Part shown: positions 31,357 to 41,390 of the stretch, piece by piece | Layout: every line of letters begins with the position of its first letter | Numbering within the stretch: position 1 is the first letter of the stretch | Source: an uncultured Phycisphaerales bacterium | GTDB lineage: Bacteria; Planctomycetota; Phycisphaerae; Tepidisphaerales; Tepidisphaeraceae | Assembly (NCBI GenBank): GCA_963758525.1 | Contig: CAVWVQ010000003.1 | Location: 2,560,001-2,624,000, forward strand | Length of the DNA: 64,000 nt | Direction: 5' to 3' | The notes under the pieces: model-generated | Told to the model about the DNA's origin: nothing | The model's input: only the letters and a program-made list of their open reading frames with translations | The model's database searches: none | Translations under genes and position numbers: made by a program

Positions 31357-31510
31357 CCCAATACTCCGGGAGACGAACCCATTCTTACCCCACACCCAAT
31401 ACTCCGGGAGACGAACCCATTCTTACCCCACACCCAATACTTCGGGAGACGATCCCATTCTTACCCCCTCGCCCGGTACTCCGGGAGAGGGTTGGGGTGA
31501 GGGTGATTTC
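31357..31510. repeat. Three tandem 38-bp repeats running into a GGGAGAGGG palindromic element half
   Basis: cccaatactccgggagacgaacccattcttaccccaca at 31357 and 31395, variant at 31433, then cccggtactccgggagagggttggggtgagggtgatttc. Confidence 0.85.
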
Positions 31511-31543
31511 GGATTTCAGTGCCGTTGGTACCCGACAATTTTG

Positions 31544-32743
31544 TCAGGAGCGAAGCTCGCGGTCCGAAGCGATCGAACGCATCTCTGCCGGAACCTTGAG
31601 CAGCGCCTCCGTGGGCAGTTCGTAAGTCTCGGCCACATGCTTGTCGTCATCGAGCAGCACTTCCGGCCAGCGCAGCCCGGCCAACGCCTGCACGGCAAAA
31701 ATCTCCTGAACGGCATCGGTGAACTTCACGAAGCCTGCGATCTGGCCGGTCCGGGTGTCGACGGCCCATACGCCACAGCACCGCTCGGCCTGCGGCTTTT
31801 CCGCGATGCTGATTCCACTGAAGGTCGCTGTCTCACGGACCTGCGATAATCCCACGAAAGCATAAGGCCCGACGAAATCCAGGCCGCGCGTAAAGCCCGG
31901 TAGCCGGCAGACCTCTTCATATTTGCCAGTTCGCTCGTCGACGACGCCAACGCCGCCGTTGCCGCTCTCCAGCACCCAGAGCTTGCCGTTGCGCCATCGC
32001 GGCGAGTGGGGCATCGACAGTCCGCGAGTGATGACCTCGCCCGATACCACATCCATGAGAACTCCGCCTGAGCGTTTGTTCTCGCGCCAGCCGCTGCGGG
32101 TGTCAGTCTCTCCCAGAGCAGTGACGTACCGGAGGGCGCCATCCCGCAGGCATGCCCCGTTGAGGTGACATCGATCCTCGGGCGTCAGCGCCGTAATGAA
32201 CGGCGGCTGCCAGAAGGGCACAAAACTGTAGATATCGCTTCGTGTTGCCAGGCAGGAAAAGCGGGTGTTGATAAAACACAAGCTCGAGAGCTCCGACGGC
32301 GCACGATTTACGCCCGCCGCTTGGCGCGGCACCCAAACCATCTCATGAATTTGGATGTCGCCGGTGGCGTGGCGCGTGCGGGGCATGAATGCAGCGTCAC
32401 ATGCTTGGGGGGATTCGGGCGTGTCCAGCTTGCGGGCCACGGCGGGCATGTCGTGAAACTCCCACACCTCGCTGGCCGTGCCCAGGGCAAATCGCCCCGG
32501 CTCCCAGACGAATCCCATCGGCTTCTGGAAGTTGCGAAAATGGGTATTGAGGACCGGAGAGCCCCCATTGGGGTCAGCCCGGAGCAGGACCAGCTTTCCC
32601 GCTTGGTACGTTGTGACGGCTAACGAGACGCCGAAACTTTCGAGGATCCGAGGAACCGTCGAGGTGTGGATGCTGCGCAGCGGGGGAGTCGCTGGCGCCG
32701 CTGTGTCTGGCTCGATCGTGCTCGGAACCGACATGCCGGGCAT
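31544..32743 (-). CDS. TIGR03032 (DUF4915) family protein
   Basis: SLAVTTYQAGKL, TGDIQIHEM, NTRFSCLA, PEDRCHLNG, GLSMPHSPRW, PGFTRGL, VGLSQVRE. Confidence 0.88.
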   Translation of the reverse strand: MPGMSVPSTIEPDTAAPATPPLRSIHTSTVPRILESFGVSLAVTTYQAGKLVLLRADPNGGSPVLNTHFRNFQKPMGFVWEPGRFALGTASEVWEFHDMPAVARKLDTPESPQACDAAFMPRTRHATGDIQIHEMVWVPRQAAGVNRAPSELSSLCFINTRFSCLATRSDIYSFVPFWQPPFITALTPEDRCHLNGACLRDGALRYVTALGETDTRSGWRENKRSGGVLMDVVSGEVITRGLSMPHSPRWRNGKLWVLESGNGGVGVVDERTGKYEEVCRLPGFTRGLDFVGPYAFVGLSQVRETATFSGISIAEKPQAERCCGVWAVDTRTGQIAGFVKFTDAVQEIFAVQALAGLRWPEVLLDDDKHVAETYELPTEALLKVPAEMRSIASDRELRS

Positions 32744-32971
32744 GGAGGGTCAATCGGCTAACGGCTGGACAATGATGCACAATTAGAGACGAGCGGAGGA
32801 ACGTTCAACCGCCGGGGGCATGACCGTCGCTGCGCGGGGCGTGACACTTTCCGCGCGGCTGGTCTTTCCCCCTCCCCCGGAGTTTTTCATGAGGGCGCCA
32901 CGCCCGGAGAGAATGAAAATGGGGTTGCGTCTGGCATTGGGTGGCGTGGGTGGCGTCTCTTTTCAGAGCAA

Positions 32972-33083
32972 AAATGTCCAAGGCCCAATGGCCAAAAAAG
33001 CCCCAAGGTCCAGGGCCCAAGGCTGGTTCTTCCATTGGTCATTGCGATTTGGGATTTTGTTGGCCATTGGGCATTGGGCATTT
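32972..33083. repeat. Inverted cluster of degenerate heptamers (CATTGGG-like)
   Basis: aaatgtccaaggcccaatggccaa ... ttggccattgggcattgggcattt. Confidence 0.65.
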
Positions 33084-33268
33084 CTTTGTTTCCCACATCT
33101 CTTTTGAGCAGTACCAGGGGAGGGGGAAAGAGTCGCGAATTCGAAAAATCGTGCACTCCCCCAGAGCGTCCCAGAGTGCCTCCCAATGTCGTGGCTTGCT
33201 TGCTCCGGGGTTTTTGGAGAGACTTTCAGCCGTTTCGATGCTCGATCTACCCAGACGGAGGAACGCTC

Positions 33269-34434
33269 ATGTCAAACTACAAAGCCGATCCAACTTTGAA
33301 ATTCAGCTTCGGTCTCTGGACCGTGGGAAACCCCGGCCGCGATCCCTTCGGCGAGCCGGTCCGGGAGAAAATCTCCGCGCCCAGATCTGCGACATGCTCG
33401 GCGAAGTCGGCGCATACGGCGTCAGTTTCCACGATAACGATCTGGTTCCCATTGACGCGTCACCGAGCGAGCGCGACAAAATCGTCAAGGACTTCAAGGC
33501 CGCGATCAAGAACAACGGCCTGGTCGTCCCGATGGCTACGACCAACCTCTTCACCGATCCGGTCTTCAAGGACGGCGCGTTCACCAGCAACAACGCGAAG
33601 ATCCGCGCCTACGCGATCCAGAAGACCATGCGGGCGATGGATCTCGGCGCCGAAATGGGCGCGAAGATTTACGTCTTTTGGGGCGGACGTGAAGGCGTCG
33701 AAAGCGATGCCACCAAGTGCCCGATCGAGGCCGTCAAGCGATTCCGCGAAGCAATCAACTTCCTCTGTGAATATTCGATCGACAAGAAATACGGCTACAA
33801 GTTTGCGTTTGAGGCCAAGCCAAATGAGCCGCGCGGACATATGTATTTCGCCGTGACCGGCTCGTACCTGGCACTGATTCCGTCACTGGCCCATCCGGAG
33901 ATGTGCGGCGTGAATCCCGAGGTCGCTCACGAGCACATGGCCGGGCTCAACTTTGTCCACCAGGTCGCTGCCGCGATCGAAATGGGCAAACTCTTCCACA
34001 TCGATCTCAACGATCAGGAGTTCGGCCGATACGACCAGGATTTTCGCTTCGGGTCGGCAAATCTCAAACACGCATTTTTCCTTGTGAAGCTGCTGGAGGA
34101 TTCGAAGTATGACGGCCCGCGCGCGTTCGACGCGCACGCCTATCGCCAGAGCGATTTGGCCGACGTGAAGGAGTTCGCCCGCGGGAACATCCGCACCTAC
34201 ATGATTCTCAAGGAGAAGGCGGCCAAGTGGAACGCTGACGCGGAGATTCAGGGTCTGATCAAGGAGATCAATGCGAAGGACGAGGGGCTATCGTCACTGA
34301 CGAAAAAATACAGCTCGCAGCACGCCGCCAAGCTGCTGGAAGCGCCGCTGGATCGCGTCGAATTGGCGAAGGCGCCGCTGCCATACGAGAAGCTCGATCA
34401 GTTGACGATGGAAGTATTGATGGGCGTGCGATGA
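33269..34434 (+). CDS. xylA: Xylose isomerase (frameshift near 33375)
   Basis: [26 protein letters not shown], then [41 protein letters not shown]. Confidence 0.93.
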
Positions 34435-34595
34435 CAGGGGATCTGTGGCCCACCGCGAAAGCTGTGCAACTCATCGATGGCTCACTTTTCTTTAGTCGGC
34501 GGCGACGGTAGAGCTTTGGCGGCTCGGACGGTTGTGGCCGCGTTCAAGAAGTAGAATTGGTGAAGACCAAACGCGCCAATTTGGAGACCACAAGC

Positions 34596-35231
34596 ATGTC
34601 AATCCAAGATTTTTGGATCAACATACGGATCGGAGCGAGTTCAATTGCGCAATCGGCGAAGGCAGACTCGTCGAAATTGGATGCCGAAGGTTTCCAGCAG
34701 GCAATTCGCGGAGGCGTTTTATGGCTCACGCCCAAGGCCGTCCAGGGATTTGAAGATGTGGAATTCGATTTCTTAACGGACCCGGAAAGAACCGAGTTGG
34801 CACGGGCGGTTCGGAACTTTCGACGGGCTGCCGAGAAGGTGCCCCCTGGCAAGCCGGCGTCCGACACACAGTTGAAGGAAGCTCGACGGGCGTTTGCTGG
34901 TGTGCTTGAGGTCATGCGCCCAGATAAGTACGCGGACCTCGAGGCCTTTAAAATCGGCAAGAGGGTTGAACAGCAACTAGAGCAACGACCAAGCTGGGTC
35001 AAAGATCTGCGGTTCGAGACTGGTGAAGACAATGCCGGGCAACCAGCCGTCTGGGTGTGGGTGGAAGTGGACGATTCCGCTTTGAAACAAGAGGTGCTTC
35101 TGCAGAATACGCAGATGATCAAAGGCATCATCGAGCGTGCGGTGGCCGAAGTCGCGTCCGATCGCTGGCCTTACGTCAGGTTCCGCTCCACTTCCGAGCA
35201 GAATTTAGGTGCGAGCGGAGTGAGACGGTGA
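34596..35231 (+). CDS. Hypothetical protein, partner of the downstream HEPN-like gene
   Basis: ~210-aa ORF ending GEDNAGQPAVWVWVEVDD...WPYVRFRS; GTGA overlap with the next gene; start uncertain. Confidence 0.65.
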   Translation: MSIQDFWINIRIGASSIAQSAKADSSKLDAEGFQQAIRGGVLWLTPKAVQGFEDVEFDFLTDPERTELARAVRNFRRAAEKVPPGKPASDTQLKEARRAFAGVLEVMRPDKYADLEAFKIGKRVEQQLEQRPSWVKDLRFETGEDNAGQPAVWVWVEVDDSALKQEVLLQNTQMIKGIIERAVAEVASDRWPYVRFRSTSEQNLGASGVRR

Positions 35232-35734
35232 GTCTGCACGGTGACCTCTTAATCCAGGCAGGCTTTCTCGCGCTCCGCGAACCCAAGCGACCCAGGCAGG
35301 CGAGCCTTCGTCGAGCCGTTTCGGCGGCGTACTACGCGATCTTTCATCTGCTGACGAGTGAAACGTCTAGACTATTTGCGAAAGATGACCGAATTATCGC
35401 CGCTATCAACAGGGCGTACGCGCATGGCGACATGAACACCGTTTCGAAGGCTGTGGCGGCCGGAAACTTCCCCAAATCAATCAATCCGTTGAAAGCGACG
35501 TTCGCGGTGCCGCCAAAACTTCAAAGTGTGGCGAAAACGTTCGTTGATCTTCAACAGGCGCGTCACGAAGCCGACTACAATCTTGGCAAGACATTTACCC
35601 GAAGCGAGGCGCTGGCGCTCATCAGCCAAGTAAAGCAGGCGTTCACCGATTGGGAGGATGTCCGCAAGGATCACTACGCTCGACTGTATTTGGCCTGCTT
35701 CCTGCTCTGGCAAAAGTGGGATCTGGTCCGATGA
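35228..35734 (+). CDS. HEPN domain-like protein
   Basis: LRRAVSAAYYAIFH and LQQARHEADY, the two hallmark segments of SAAYY/R..ADY-type HEPN. Confidence 0.75.
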   Translation: MSLHGDLLIQAGFLALREPKRPRQASLRRAVSAAYYAIFHLLTSETSRLFAKDDRIIAAINRAYAHGDMNTVSKAVAAGNFPKSINPLKATFAVPPKLQSVAKTFVDLQQARHEADYNLGKTFTRSEALALISQVKQAFTDWEDVRKDHYARLYLACFLLWQKWDLVR

Positions 35735-35791
35735 GACGGACGGATGCATCTCCCTCGGCAGCGTTTTCCCGGCGCACCGCATTCAATCTCC

Positions 35792-36613
35792 TCACGTTTT
35801 CTTTCGAAACTCGATGACACGATAGCGAGCGAGAATCAGATCATATGAGCCGTACGCGATGAAACCCGCCGCTACGAAAGCGAGGAGCCATCGTCCGGCG
35901 GGTTGACGGCTTAAAGCCCGCAGCGCACCGTCGAGTCCCTGCGCCTTGTGCGAATTGAGGCTGACGGCGGCGATCAGCAGGAAGAAGCCAACAATTGCAA
36001 AGACGATGGCGCGCGAGACGATGCCGAATTGAATCATCCAGTGCACCCATCGGCGGGTGTGCTCGGGAATTTTCAGGCGATCGTTCGCCATTGGATGTCC
36101 CGAGCGGACGAACTCCGCGGCGACGTAGATCAGGAATCCGATTCCCACTCCAGCCACCGCCCAGCGGCCCAGGGGAAATGCCATCAGCGTCGCGGTCCAG
36201 TGCCGGGCATTGCGGTCCCCCTCATGGCGTCCGACGGTTCCCCGCACGGTGCGCAACGTCAGAACGACCAGCCCCCAGTAGAGAATCGACGTGAAAAAGA
36301 AACTCACCCGCCGCATCCATCCGCGCGGCTTGCGTGTCTCCCCCTCCGGATCAAAGGTCGCGCGGAGGAAGGACCAGAGGGCATACGCGAGCAGCCCGAT
36401 CGCGAGAATGATCAGCAGCACATCGCCAAACGGGCTGTGATGCACGAGCGATAGCGCCCCCTGCGTGTCATCGGTTCCCCGCTCGAAACCCGCTGAGGTC
36501 ATCGCCGCCAGCAAACCGGTGAGGACATACACGATCCCCCGCGCCGCATACCCGACGCGCGCCAGATAGCGCAGATACTTTCGTTGGCCGCTGGTCTTGC
36601 CGAGACTGCTCAT
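35792..36613 (-). CDS. DUF1206 family membrane protein
   Basis: LARVGYAARGIVY, PFGDVLL, GLDGAL..L..QPAGRWLL..VAAGFIAYG. Confidence 0.85.
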   Translation of the reverse strand: MSSLGKTSGQRKYLRYLARVGYAARGIVYVLTGLLAAMTSAGFERGTDDTQGALSLVHHSPFGDVLLIILAIGLLAYALWSFLRATFDPEGETRKPRGWMRRVSFFFTSILYWGLVVLTLRTVRGTVGRHEGDRNARHWTATLMAFPLGRWAVAGVGIGFLIYVAAEFVRSGHPMANDRLKIPEHTRRWVHWMIQFGIVSRAIVFAIVGFFLLIAAVSLNSHKAQGLDGALRALSRQPAGRWLLAFVAAGFIAYGSYDLILARYRVIEFRKKT

Positions 36614-37668
36614 GACTTTTTGTGCGGCCAGACGAGCATTTTGGCGATCAGCGCGTGCGGCCGGGGCAGTGGATAGCCTTCCAGTTCCTCAAGGCTGACC
36701 CAGCGATTGGAGCCGGCAGCAATGCGCGGTTTCATCCCGCTTGCCAAGCAGTGAAAAACGTCGAACTCGTATTGGCGGTGCGTCAGTGTGTGCGAGACTT
36801 TTCCGATCGCTGTCGGAGGCGTGGTCGTCACGGGCAACTTGAACGGGCCGTCGGAATGCAGCGTGATGAACTGCCACATCGCGGCCCAGCGTCCCTTGGC
36901 GGGCCGCTGCTCGATCAGCCAGCGGTTGCCGTTTTGAATGCAGAAGGTCCGCCGTCGCAGGAGCGGGATCGCTGACTTCTGCTTGGGCGCGGGGATGTGA
37001 TCCGCCATGCCGGCGGCGAACGCTTCACAGTGCGAGCGCACCGGGCAGATCAGGCATTGCGGAGAACGAGGCGTGCAGATCATCGCCCCCAGTTCCATCA
37101 GCGCAGAATTGAAATCGCCGATGCGCCGCGACGGAAGAATCTCCCCGGCCCGCTGCCAGAGCAGTTCCCTCACCGACGGTTCACGCGGATCGGCTTCGAT
37201 TTTGTCCAGACGCAGTATGACGCGCGTCACGTTCGCGTCGAGAATCGGCGCGCGCCTGCCGAAACCGATGGAGCTGATCGCGCCGGCTGTGTAACGCCCG
37301 ATGCCGGCCAGCGTTTGCAGGTGCGTCACGTTTGCGGGCAGTTTCCCGTCGTATTCGGCGACAACCTGCCGGGCGCACCGCAGCAGATTGCGGGCTCGCG
37401 CGTAATACCCCAGCCCCTGCCACTGCCGCAGCACCTGTTGCTCGTCAGCCGCTGCCAGGTCGGCAAGGGTTGGGAAATGCTCCATAAAGCGTTGGAAATA
37501 GGGGATAACGGTCGCGACCTGTGTCTGCTGCAGCATGAACTCGCTGACCAGCACGTGATAGGGACAGGGATGCCGAACGCGCCCGCGCACCCGCCATGGC
37601 AGATCGCGTTGCGATCGGTCGTACCAACCCAGCAATCGGCGGGCAAAGTCAGCGTGGCGAAGCAGCAT
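36610..37668 (-). CDS. mutY: A/G-specific adenine glycosylase
   Basis: WYDRSQRDLPWR, VSEFMLQQTQV, WQGLGYYARARNL, GIGRYTAGAI, C-X6-C-X2-C-X5-C Fe-S motif, NUDIX-like tail. Confidence 0.95.
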   Translation of the reverse strand: MLLRHADFARRLLGWYDRSQRDLPWRVRGRVRHPCPYHVLVSEFMLQQTQVATVIPYFQRFMEHFPTLADLAAADEQQVLRQWQGLGYYARARNLLRCARQVVAEYDGKLPANVTHLQTLAGIGRYTAGAISSIGFGRRAPILDANVTRVILRLDKIEADPREPSVRELLWQRAGEILPSRRIGDFNSALMELGAMICTPRSPQCLICPVRSHCEAFAAGMADHIPAPKQKSAIPLLRRRTFCIQNGNRWLIEQRPAKGRWAAMWQFITLHSDGPFKLPVTTTPPTAIGKVSHTLTHRQYEFDVFHCLASGMKPRIAAGSNRWVSLEELEGYPLPRPHALIAKMLVWPHKKS

Positions 37669-37698
37669 GCGGCGGCCGGATGATACTGGATGAGGGGG

Positions 37699-37747
37699 CA
37701 GGGCGTCAGGGTTCAGGGCGTCAGGGTTCAGGGTGTCAGGGTTCAGG
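37699..37747. repeat. CAGGGTT/CAGGGYGT tandem repeat
   Basis: cagggcgtcagggttcagggcgtcagggttcagggtgtcagggttcagg; same family at 45863. Confidence 0.8.
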
Positions 37748-37834
37748 AAGAGGAAAGGAGAGGCTGTTCGCCGAACCGGGCTCTTCATCGGAAGGGTGTA
37801 ACTTTTATTTGTGGCGATTGCAGATTTTGCGATC

Positions 37835-37902
37835 GTAGGGCGGGATTCATCCCGCCGTTTTCTCAGCCGGCCAACAAATCGGCGGGATGAATCCCGCCCT
37901 AC
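37835..37902. repeat. Perfect GTAG REP doublet (REPIN)
   Basis: gtagggcgggattcatcccgccg ... cggcgggatgaatcccgccctac. Confidence 0.85.
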
Positions 37903-38062
37903 TCGGAGCCGATCGCCACTTTCGAGCGCCACACCCCATCGGAATCCTGTCGCGAAATGTTGCTTGCGTTAAGATGCGAAAAGGTTATTATGTGTAGTGC
38001 TGCCATGGACTGGCGATTCTGTAGAGTGATGGGAATCACACTAGCAAAGCATGGAGGTTCGT

Positions 38063-38290
38063 ATGCGAAGACCACACGTTGACGATCGGGTCCGTCTCAC
38101 GCAGGACATCCCTGAACTATCTCTGATCCGCGGCGAGCTTGGCGTTGTGCGCAGCACATGGTTCGCGCCATCGGTTGCGTACGAAGTCGAGTTTCACAGC
38201 ACCGGTTCGGATTACGAAACACGCGCCCTGCTCCTCGCCGAGCAGGTCGAGGTGGACGAGTCGGCGGAACTGCAGATTGCCGGCGCGTAG
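38063..38290 (+). CDS. DUF4926-like small protein
   Basis: GGAGG RBS; DRVRLTQDIPELSLIRGELGVV..AYEVEF. Confidence 0.75.
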   Translation: MRRPHVDDRVRLTQDIPELSLIRGELGVVRSTWFAPSVAYEVEFHSTGSDYETRALLLAEQVEVDESAELQIAGA

Positions 38291-38339
38291 GCGCGATACG
38301 AGCGCGCGAAGCAGTTCACCCGTTCCGCGTGAAGCGGGT

Positions 38340-39668
38340 TCAGTGCGGCGCCGCGTCGGGGTTGGTCGTAGGCATCAGCGCCGGTGGCGGCCAATCGAAG
38401 GGGCCGGCATCATAACGCTGCATGCGAAAGTAATATGTTGCCTCGCCGGTCGAGGGCGCGACAATTCCGCGCCAGGTCTGGCTCATGCCAATCACGCTCT
38501 CGAAGTTAATCGTCAGATCGTGCTTGCCAGGCGAAAGAGTCAACGGAAGCAGAAACGTGGTTCGCGGCAGCATTTCCCACTGTCGGACGTCGGCCTGACT
38601 GGTCGCCTTCAAGAGGACGCCTGTCGCTATCAGACCCAACGCGAGGCCCGGGTCGGCCCGGCCGCGCAGGCCTTCATAGGCGCCCGCGGCGATCAGCCCG
38701 GTTCCCAGCGCTGACTTGATGACGCGGAACGTATCGATGCTTTGCCAAAGCCGGTCCTGCGCCAGAGCCAGAAGATCGAGCGGCGGACGATCGGTGTACC
38801 CCAGAGCGAGCAGTTGCCCGTCGAGGGCGACCAACGGCCTTGGTATCGGGCCGGCCTCTTCGGGAGTCGGGGCGAAGCCAACGACTGCCCCGTCATAATT
38901 CTTGCGCTTGTAGGGGCCATACCCCAGGTCCACCACGAGCAGCACGTTGGACTTCTGATTCAAATCGAAGTCCGCCAGTCCGCGCAATCCGGGCCGCAAT
39001 TGCACGGCCCGGTCGAACATTTTGCGGGCGTCCGCGGGACGGTCGAGACGCTGGTATGCCTTGCCCAGCATGAGAAATCCCAGCACGAAGTTGGACTCCA
39101 CCTGCCTGTATTGGTCCTCCTTGTCACCTTCCTCCCCATAGTCGCGGAGCTTGAACAGCGCGTTTTCAAACGCGGCGCGGGCGTTGTCATAATCCTGCTG
39201 CATGTAGTAGGTGAGCCCGAGATAGAAATTCGCCATCGCCCGCTCGAACGGCTCTCCCTTCCACACCTTGATTTTTTCATCCAGCAGCACCGCGCCCAGC
39301 GTCCGGCCGCCGTTATTGACGCCGACGCTGTTGATCACCTCGTAAGCCCGCAGAAAATCCTTCTGGGCGTCGTTGATGTGATAGTCCGCCAGGTCGGTCG
39401 AGCCGAGCCGGCAGTTGTTCAGCACGAAATTCTCGTCGGTCTTGTCCGCGAGGGGGCGCAAAGGGCTGCGCGCGCCGGCGTAGTCTCCGACGACATAATC
39501 GGATACCGCGTGATCGATGATCGGGTCGTCGGTGCAACCCGCAAGAAACAGCAGCGCGATAAGGCACAGAGCCGTCAGGGGCAGCTGAAATCGAACCAGA
39601 GAAGAGCCGCGAAGGCGCGAAGGCGCGAAGGAGAATTCAAGAACGGCGATTTTTGCACGAATATTCAT
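38340..39668 (-). CDS. TPR-containing lipoprotein (COG3014-like)
   Basis: Lipobox FLAGC; WKGEPFERAMANFYLGLTY, ADVRQWEMLP; start uncertain, and a CGCGAAGG x3 repeat lies in the 5' region. Confidence 0.75.
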   Translation of the reverse strand: MNIRAKIAVLEFSFAPSRLRGSSLVRFQLPLTALCLIALLFLAGCTDDPIIDHAVSDYVVGDYAGARSPLRPLADKTDENFVLNNCRLGSTDLADYHINDAQKDFLRAYEVINSVGVNNGGRTLGAVLLDEKIKVWKGEPFERAMANFYLGLTYYMQQDYDNARAAFENALFKLRDYGEEGDKEDQYRQVESNFVLGFLMLGKAYQRLDRPADARKMFDRAVQLRPGLRGLADFDLNQKSNVLLVVDLGYGPYKRKNYDGAVVGFAPTPEEAGPIPRPLVALDGQLLALGYTDRPPLDLLALAQDRLWQSIDTFRVIKSALGTGLIAAGAYEGLRGRADPGLALGLIATGVLLKATSQADVRQWEMLPRTTFLLPLTLSPGKHDLTINFESVIGMSQTWRGIVAPSTGEATYYFRMQRYDAGPFDWPPPALMPTTNPDAAPH

Positions 39669-39725
39669 GCGGACCGGCGACAGTGGACAACGTCACAATC
39701 GATATTCTTTCTCAACTGATCATTG

Positions 39726-39842
39726 CCCCCTCTCCCGGTAATCCGGGAGAGGGTTGGGGTGAGGGTGATTTCGAGGACCAATGGCGTCCGGCGCTCAAAA
39801 TCACCCTCACCCCTGCCCTCTCGGATTACCCGGGAGAGTGGG
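39726..39842. repeat. CCCTCTCCC/GGGAGAGGG palindromic element
   Basis: ccccctctcccggtaatccgggagagggttggggtgagggtgattt ... aaatcaccctcacccctgccctctc; shares its arm with 31466-31510. Confidence 0.8.
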
Positions 39843-39870
39843 TAGGTTGCTCGCAGTTCTGAAACGTTCC

Positions 39871-40457
39871 CTAATCCAAAAAACCCTTCACGGCCGTCTT
39901 CCTGACTTCATATTTCTCGGTCCAGAGGATCGTGCGGGTTTGCAAATCGCTCAACTCATAAACGCACAAATACGCATCGGTGCGAATATGGCTGGATTCG
40001 TCGGCCAGCGAACGAAACCGCGCGACCAGCGCGTATCGCGGGTTGATCGCGTCCGGCGCCGGGCCGAGCGGCACGTCGAGTTCCTGCGCCCGCAGACGGT
40101 AAAAGGCGTCGCGATTCATGATCCAGGTGAAACGGTCCGGCGCATGCTTGCTCAGCAAATATCGCACCCGCGCCGTGAACGCCTCCGCCTGCCCTCGCGG
40201 CAACACCGCGGCTTCCATCTCATTACGCACCGGCTCAACGACAACGCGCAGTTTCCCCTCGCGCTGGATCGCCGCCTGCACCTCGGAATCACCGGCGATG
40301 CTCGCCGCCATGCGATCGGTCATGACCGTCAGATCCAGGCTGTCCAGCGCAGTGTTGTGCCCGCTTTCCACGGCAGAGCGCAGCCCCCCATGAGTACCGC
40401 AACGAGCACAATAAGCCAGCCGGCACCCGGCAAGCGCGCCGGAACAGACATGGGCAT
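39871..40457 (-). CDS. LpoB/CsgG-like fold lipoprotein (frameshift near 40380)
   Basis: Signal WLIVLVAVLMGGC, then VVVEPVRN...YLCVYELSDLQTRTILWTEKYEVRK. Confidence 0.65.
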
Positions 40458-40478
40458 GACAGCTCCTCTGCTGATCAT

Positions 40479-41084
40479 TCAGCGGGCCGAGCGCATTTCA
40501 TATTGCCCGCTCCAGACCTGCTCGCGGGTGCTGAAATTCGTCAGATCAAACTGAAGCAGGTAGTAGTTTGTGCCCCGGTTGGGAAGGTCCATGACTTTGC
40601 CGTACAGAACGTAATCCGGTTGCACCGCCGCGGGCTGCGGAGCGCGATCGCCGCTTCCCTGCCCGAAATCGTCACGCTCGCTGCTTTCGAGTTCCTTGTT
40701 CTGCAGATCGTGATATCGCGCTTTGTTTTCGATGAGACGCACACGGCCCTTCCCGAGCTGAAAAATACGCGTGCGGAGGCGCTCGATGAAGATGTCGTAG
40801 TTGTGCCGGTAAACGTTGTCGGTCGTGTGGTCCTCCACCTGGGCGACAACGATCGTCCATTGCGTCCGGCTGGCATTCAGCTCCTGAAGCGACAGCAGCT
40901 CGTTAGCCATTTTATCGGACGCGGCAATCACGTCGTAGCTTTGCAATCCGTTGTCACGCGGATCGACCTGATCGGCAGGGGGCCGATCGCTCCCGTAATC
41001 GCTCGGTTTGTCAGAAGCGCATCCCGCCGCAATCGCCAGTGCAACAAACACCGCCCCGTATTTCCATCCGCTGAACATGTTCAA
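40479..41084 (-). CDS. LpoB-like lipoprotein
   Basis: Lipobox IAAGC; DKMANELL, VEDHT, PDYVLYGKV, YYLLQFDLTNFSTREQVWS. Confidence 0.75.
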   Translation of the reverse strand: MNMFSGWKYGAVFVALAIAAGCASDKPSDYGSDRPPADQVDPRDNGLQSYDVIAASDKMANELLSLQELNASRTQWTIVVAQVEDHTTDNVYRHNYDIFIERLRTRIFQLGKGRVRLIENKARYHDLQNKELESSERDDFGQGSGDRAPQPAAVQPDYVLYGKVMDLPNRGTNYYLLQFDLTNFSTREQVWSGQYEMRSAR

Positions 41085-41390
41085 TCTCCTGCAAGTGAAT
41101 CAGTTGAAGATACTAGCACCCGGCGGCAGTAGCCGTCATCCCGGCAAGGCGGACGGGCCGCCTGAGTGCGCGGCCGTCTCCGCGCTACCCTCTCCCGGAA
41201 ATACCGGGAGAAGGGGTAGTGCGCCGAAACGGTCATGAACTCATGCCGCCTTGAACGCAACTGCGAGCCCTTCTACGCTTTAGACACGCCGCCTGCCGCA
41301 AAGGATGGCGCCAGGGAGCGACGGTGAACCATCCTTTTATCGTCAGGCGTGTCTAACACATTGCTTTTTTGCCTCGAAGAGGAGGTTTTC

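Noticed and set aside
31357..31470. CRISPR array
   Set aside because: The repeats are directly adjacent with no unique spacers, and no cas genes are present
37669..37932. N-terminal extension of MutY with LNPD repeats
   Set aside because: It is translation through a REP doublet and a heptamer repeat; similarity to MutY starts near 37668
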